Source: Gammaproteobacteria bacterium (lineage in GTDB: Bacteria; Pseudomonadota; Gammaproteobacteria; Magnimaribacterales; TMED112). Taken from it: DNA of 64,000 nt. Each line of letters opens with the position of its first letter. Within the stretch, counting starts at the first letter, position 1. This document shows, piece by piece, positions 62,054 to 64,000 of this stretch. The stretch spans positions 84,770 to 148,769 of the forward strand of contig JAYQTH010000001.1 in NCBI GenBank assembly GCA_038147295.1. The letters run 5' to 3'. The notes under the pieces were generated by a model that ran no database searches, was not told where the DNA came from, and worked only from the letters and a program-made list of their open reading frames with translations. Made by a program: the position numbers and the translations under genes.

Positions 62054-62788
62054 ATGGATGGCTTGAATCTATTACATTTAATGCTTTTCAGCTTGCTAGG
62101 CGCTTCATTGGCAAGCTGGATGATCTATGAATTTGATAATTATGGTCAAAGATATACAAGTGTGCTCAAGAGATTATCAGTACGATCTAAATGTGACTAT
62201 TGCCAAGAACAAGTCAGTTATTCTAATTTAGTCCCTGTTCTTTCCTATATTTTCCTAGGGGGCAAAACATCTTGCTGCAGCACAAAACTATCAAAGAAAT
62301 ACATAATTTTTGAATCTTTTGGTGCCCTAATTTTTGCAGCTGGCTACCTAACAAATACTTTAGAAATATCGATGTTAGTTTTTTTGATAATTTTTATTAT
62401 CTTTAATGATGAAAAGTACAAAGAAATTCCAATATGGATAAATTTATCGTTATTTTCTTGGGTAATAACTTTTGGGTATGAGTCAATCGAAAACAATTTT
62501 CTTCCAGCCCTATATCTTGCCTTTGCTTTAATGCTTATCTATCTTTTCTTTCTTAAAGTAAGAAGGGTTGAAGGTCTTGGTTTAGCAGATATTATCCTCC
62601 TTTTTTCCATTTCTCTTTATCTTGGTTTTCCTGATTTCTTATATCTAATAACCATCGCTTCAGCATCTCTTTTAATCAAAATAATTTTGACACAGAAACT
62701 TAGAGAACCACATGCCTTTGGTTCTTGGATAGCAGGCACCTTTGGAGTTTTTATCTTATTCCAAGAATTTTATGTGTCTGCAAACTAA
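62054..62788 (+). CDS. pilD: Prepilin peptidase (A24)
   Basis: RSKCDYC, NLVPVLSY, Asp in FNDEKY, GLGLADI and AFGSWI motifs. Confidence 0.8.
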   Translation: MDGLNLLHLMLFSLLGASLASWMIYEFDNYGQRYTSVLKRLSVRSKCDYCQEQVSYSNLVPVLSYIFLGGKTSCCSTKLSKKYIIFESFGALIFAAGYLTNTLEISMLVFLIIFIIFNDEKYKEIPIWINLSLFSWVITFGYESIENNFLPALYLAFALMLIYLFFLKVRRVEGLGLADIILLFSISLYLGFPDFLYLITIASASLLIKIILTQKLREPHAFGSWIAGTFGVFILFQEFYVSAN

Positions 62789-63380
62789 GCTGCCACTTTG
62801 GTTTGGCCATGCAGTACTTCAAGGCTAAGTTTAAGTTCTCGTAATAATTGACCGAATCCATTGGTTGAATAAATAAATTGTCAAATACAAGACTCTCAAA
62901 CTCGTCAGGATGCAAAGAATCTTGAGGGTAGATAAATTTTAATTCATGTCCATGATCTTGGAGTATTTTAGTATTGGGCTTCGGGCTAACGCATACCCAA
63001 TCTATTCCTGATGGCGCCTTAATAGTGCCATTTGTTTCAAGAGCGATGTAGATATTGCTAGATTTTAAATGATCTACTAAAGTCTGATCAACCTGCAACA
63101 GTGGCTCACCTCCTGTTAAAACAACATTAATTTTTTTATTTTCAGATAGCCATAGGGACTCTATCTTGCTCAAGAGCGATTCTTTTGTATATTCACCACC
63201 ATTAACACCATCAATACCATTGAAATCGGTATCACAAAAACTACAGATTGCCTTAGCTCTATGCTTTTCTTTCCCACTCCAAAGATTACAGCCTGAAAAG
63301 CGTACAAATACTGCATCCATACCAGTATTTCTACCCTCCCCTTGTTGGGTAAAGTAAATTTCTTTTATTTTGTAAGACAT
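62751..63380 (-). CDS. queE: 7-carboxy-7-deazaguanine synthase
   Basis: YFTQQGEG, CX14CX2C radical-SAM motif, TGGEP and ETNGT. Confidence 0.93.
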   Translation of the reverse strand: MSYKIKEIYFTQQGEGRNTGMDAVFVRFSGCNLWSGKEKHRAKAICSFCDTDFNGIDGVNGGEYTKESLLSKIESLWLSENKKINVVLTGGEPLLQVDQTLVDHLKSSNIYIALETNGTIKAPSGIDWVCVSPKPNTKILQDHGHELKFIYPQDSLHPDEFESLVFDNLFIQPMDSVNYYENLNLALKYCMAKPKWQLSLQTHKILGIR

Positions 63381-64000
63381 TTATTTAAGTGGATCAATTG
63401 CATTATTAACTTCAAATGCGCCTTTACGCTCCAAGCAAGCGCTGCATTTTAAACATGGCTTTAACCCTCCTTCATAACACGTCCAAGCATCATGGTAATC
63501 AAGATTCATTGAGAGCCCTTCAGCAACAATTTCTGCCTTTGATAAATCTTGGAATGGGGCTTCGAAAGTAATTTTATGATAATCGCATATTTCTAATACT
63601 TCCTTAAGTTTCAAGATAAATTCTGGTCTACAATCTGGATAAATTTCGTGATCACCAGCATGTGCTGCATACCATAAATGCGATGCCTGATCTCTAATTG
63701 CCATTGAGGCAGCAACGGAGATCATGATCATATTTCTATTTGGCACAACAGTAAGTTTCATTTTGTCTTTGTCGTAGTTTCCTTCTGGAATTTCAGAATC
63801 TCCAACTAATGCAGAACCAGATAAGAGGCCTGTTAAAGGCAGATCAATAACTTCATGAGCAATTGAAAGTTTTTTGCAATTAGCAATAGCATAGTCAATT
63901 TCTTTTTTATGCTTTTGGCCGTAGTTAAAGGTTATAGCAGAAACTTCGTCAAATTCTTTCAGAGCTTTATTTAAAAGGGTAAAAGAATCAAGACCTCCAG
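63381..64000 (-). CDS. queC: 7-cyano-7-deazaguanine synthase (N-terminus off the window)
   Basis: The frame is open to the window edge with SGGLDSF; VPNRNMI, YPDCR and TCYEG..C..CSAC motifs. Confidence 0.94.
   Translation of the reverse strand, partial: GGLDSFTLLNKALKEFDEVSAITFNYGQKHKKEIDYAIANCKKLSIAHEVIDLPLTGLLSGSALVGDSEIPEGNYDKDKMKLTVVPNRNMIMISVAASMAIRDQASHLWYAAHAGDHEIYPDCRPEFILKLKEVLEICDYHKITFEAPFQDLSKAEIVAEGLSMNLDYHDAWTCYEGGLKPCLKCSACLERKGAFEVNNAIDPLK

Noticed and set aside
202..63357. Numerous 60-230 aa antisense or alternate-frame ORFs in the track (e.g. 11753-12280, 38734-39417, 33140-33520)
   Set aside because: They lie within well-supported genes and have no recognisable motifs; they are shadow ORFs.
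63381..64000. queC/queE as a Dpd or QatABCD-type defence or DNA-modification system
   Set aside because: These are canonical tRNA queuosine enzymes with queH in the same window; no dpdA or qat partner genes are visible.
1..64000. CRISPR arrays, rRNA, IS elements, riboswitches
   Set aside because: No regularly spaced repeats, rRNA-like segments or transposases were seen by eye. Intergenic gaps are mostly too short for riboswitches, but a covariance-model search was not possible.

Overview
AT-rich, tightly packed chromosomal segment of a streamlined, probably marine gammaproteobacterium. A SAR86-like origin is inferred from gene content and compaction, not proven. It holds about 60 protein genes, almost all housekeeping: the ccmA-G cytochrome c maturation operon, tdh/kbl, pyk, pdxH, alaS, purL, uvrB, lpxH, umuDC, acnB, a purF-cvpA-accD-truA-aroC-prpDC-queH-thrH operon, lexA, topA, pyrD, galU, nadK, a sirtuin, mazG, prc, xthA, guaBA, pilD and queCE. 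It also has tRNA-Ser(GCT), tRNA-Asn(GTT) and two LexA boxes. No CRISPR array, prophage, integrase or transposase was seen. The most notable observations are: (1) a UmuD lacking both residues of its Ser-Lys autocleavage dyad, under a perfect 30-bp palindromic SOS operator; (2) a recurrent -10 hexamer 5-9 nt upstream of operon-leading start codons with no Shine-Dalgarno, suggesting widespread leaderless mRNAs; (3) a GC-richer, N-terminally anchored FAH-family gene appended to two tandem exported serine hydrolases; (4) an exported DUF305/beta-propeller fusion coupled to DoxX; (5) ccmF and pyrD lacking canonical start codons. Single-base frameshifts in kbl, uvrB and umuC look like homopolymer sequencing errors.
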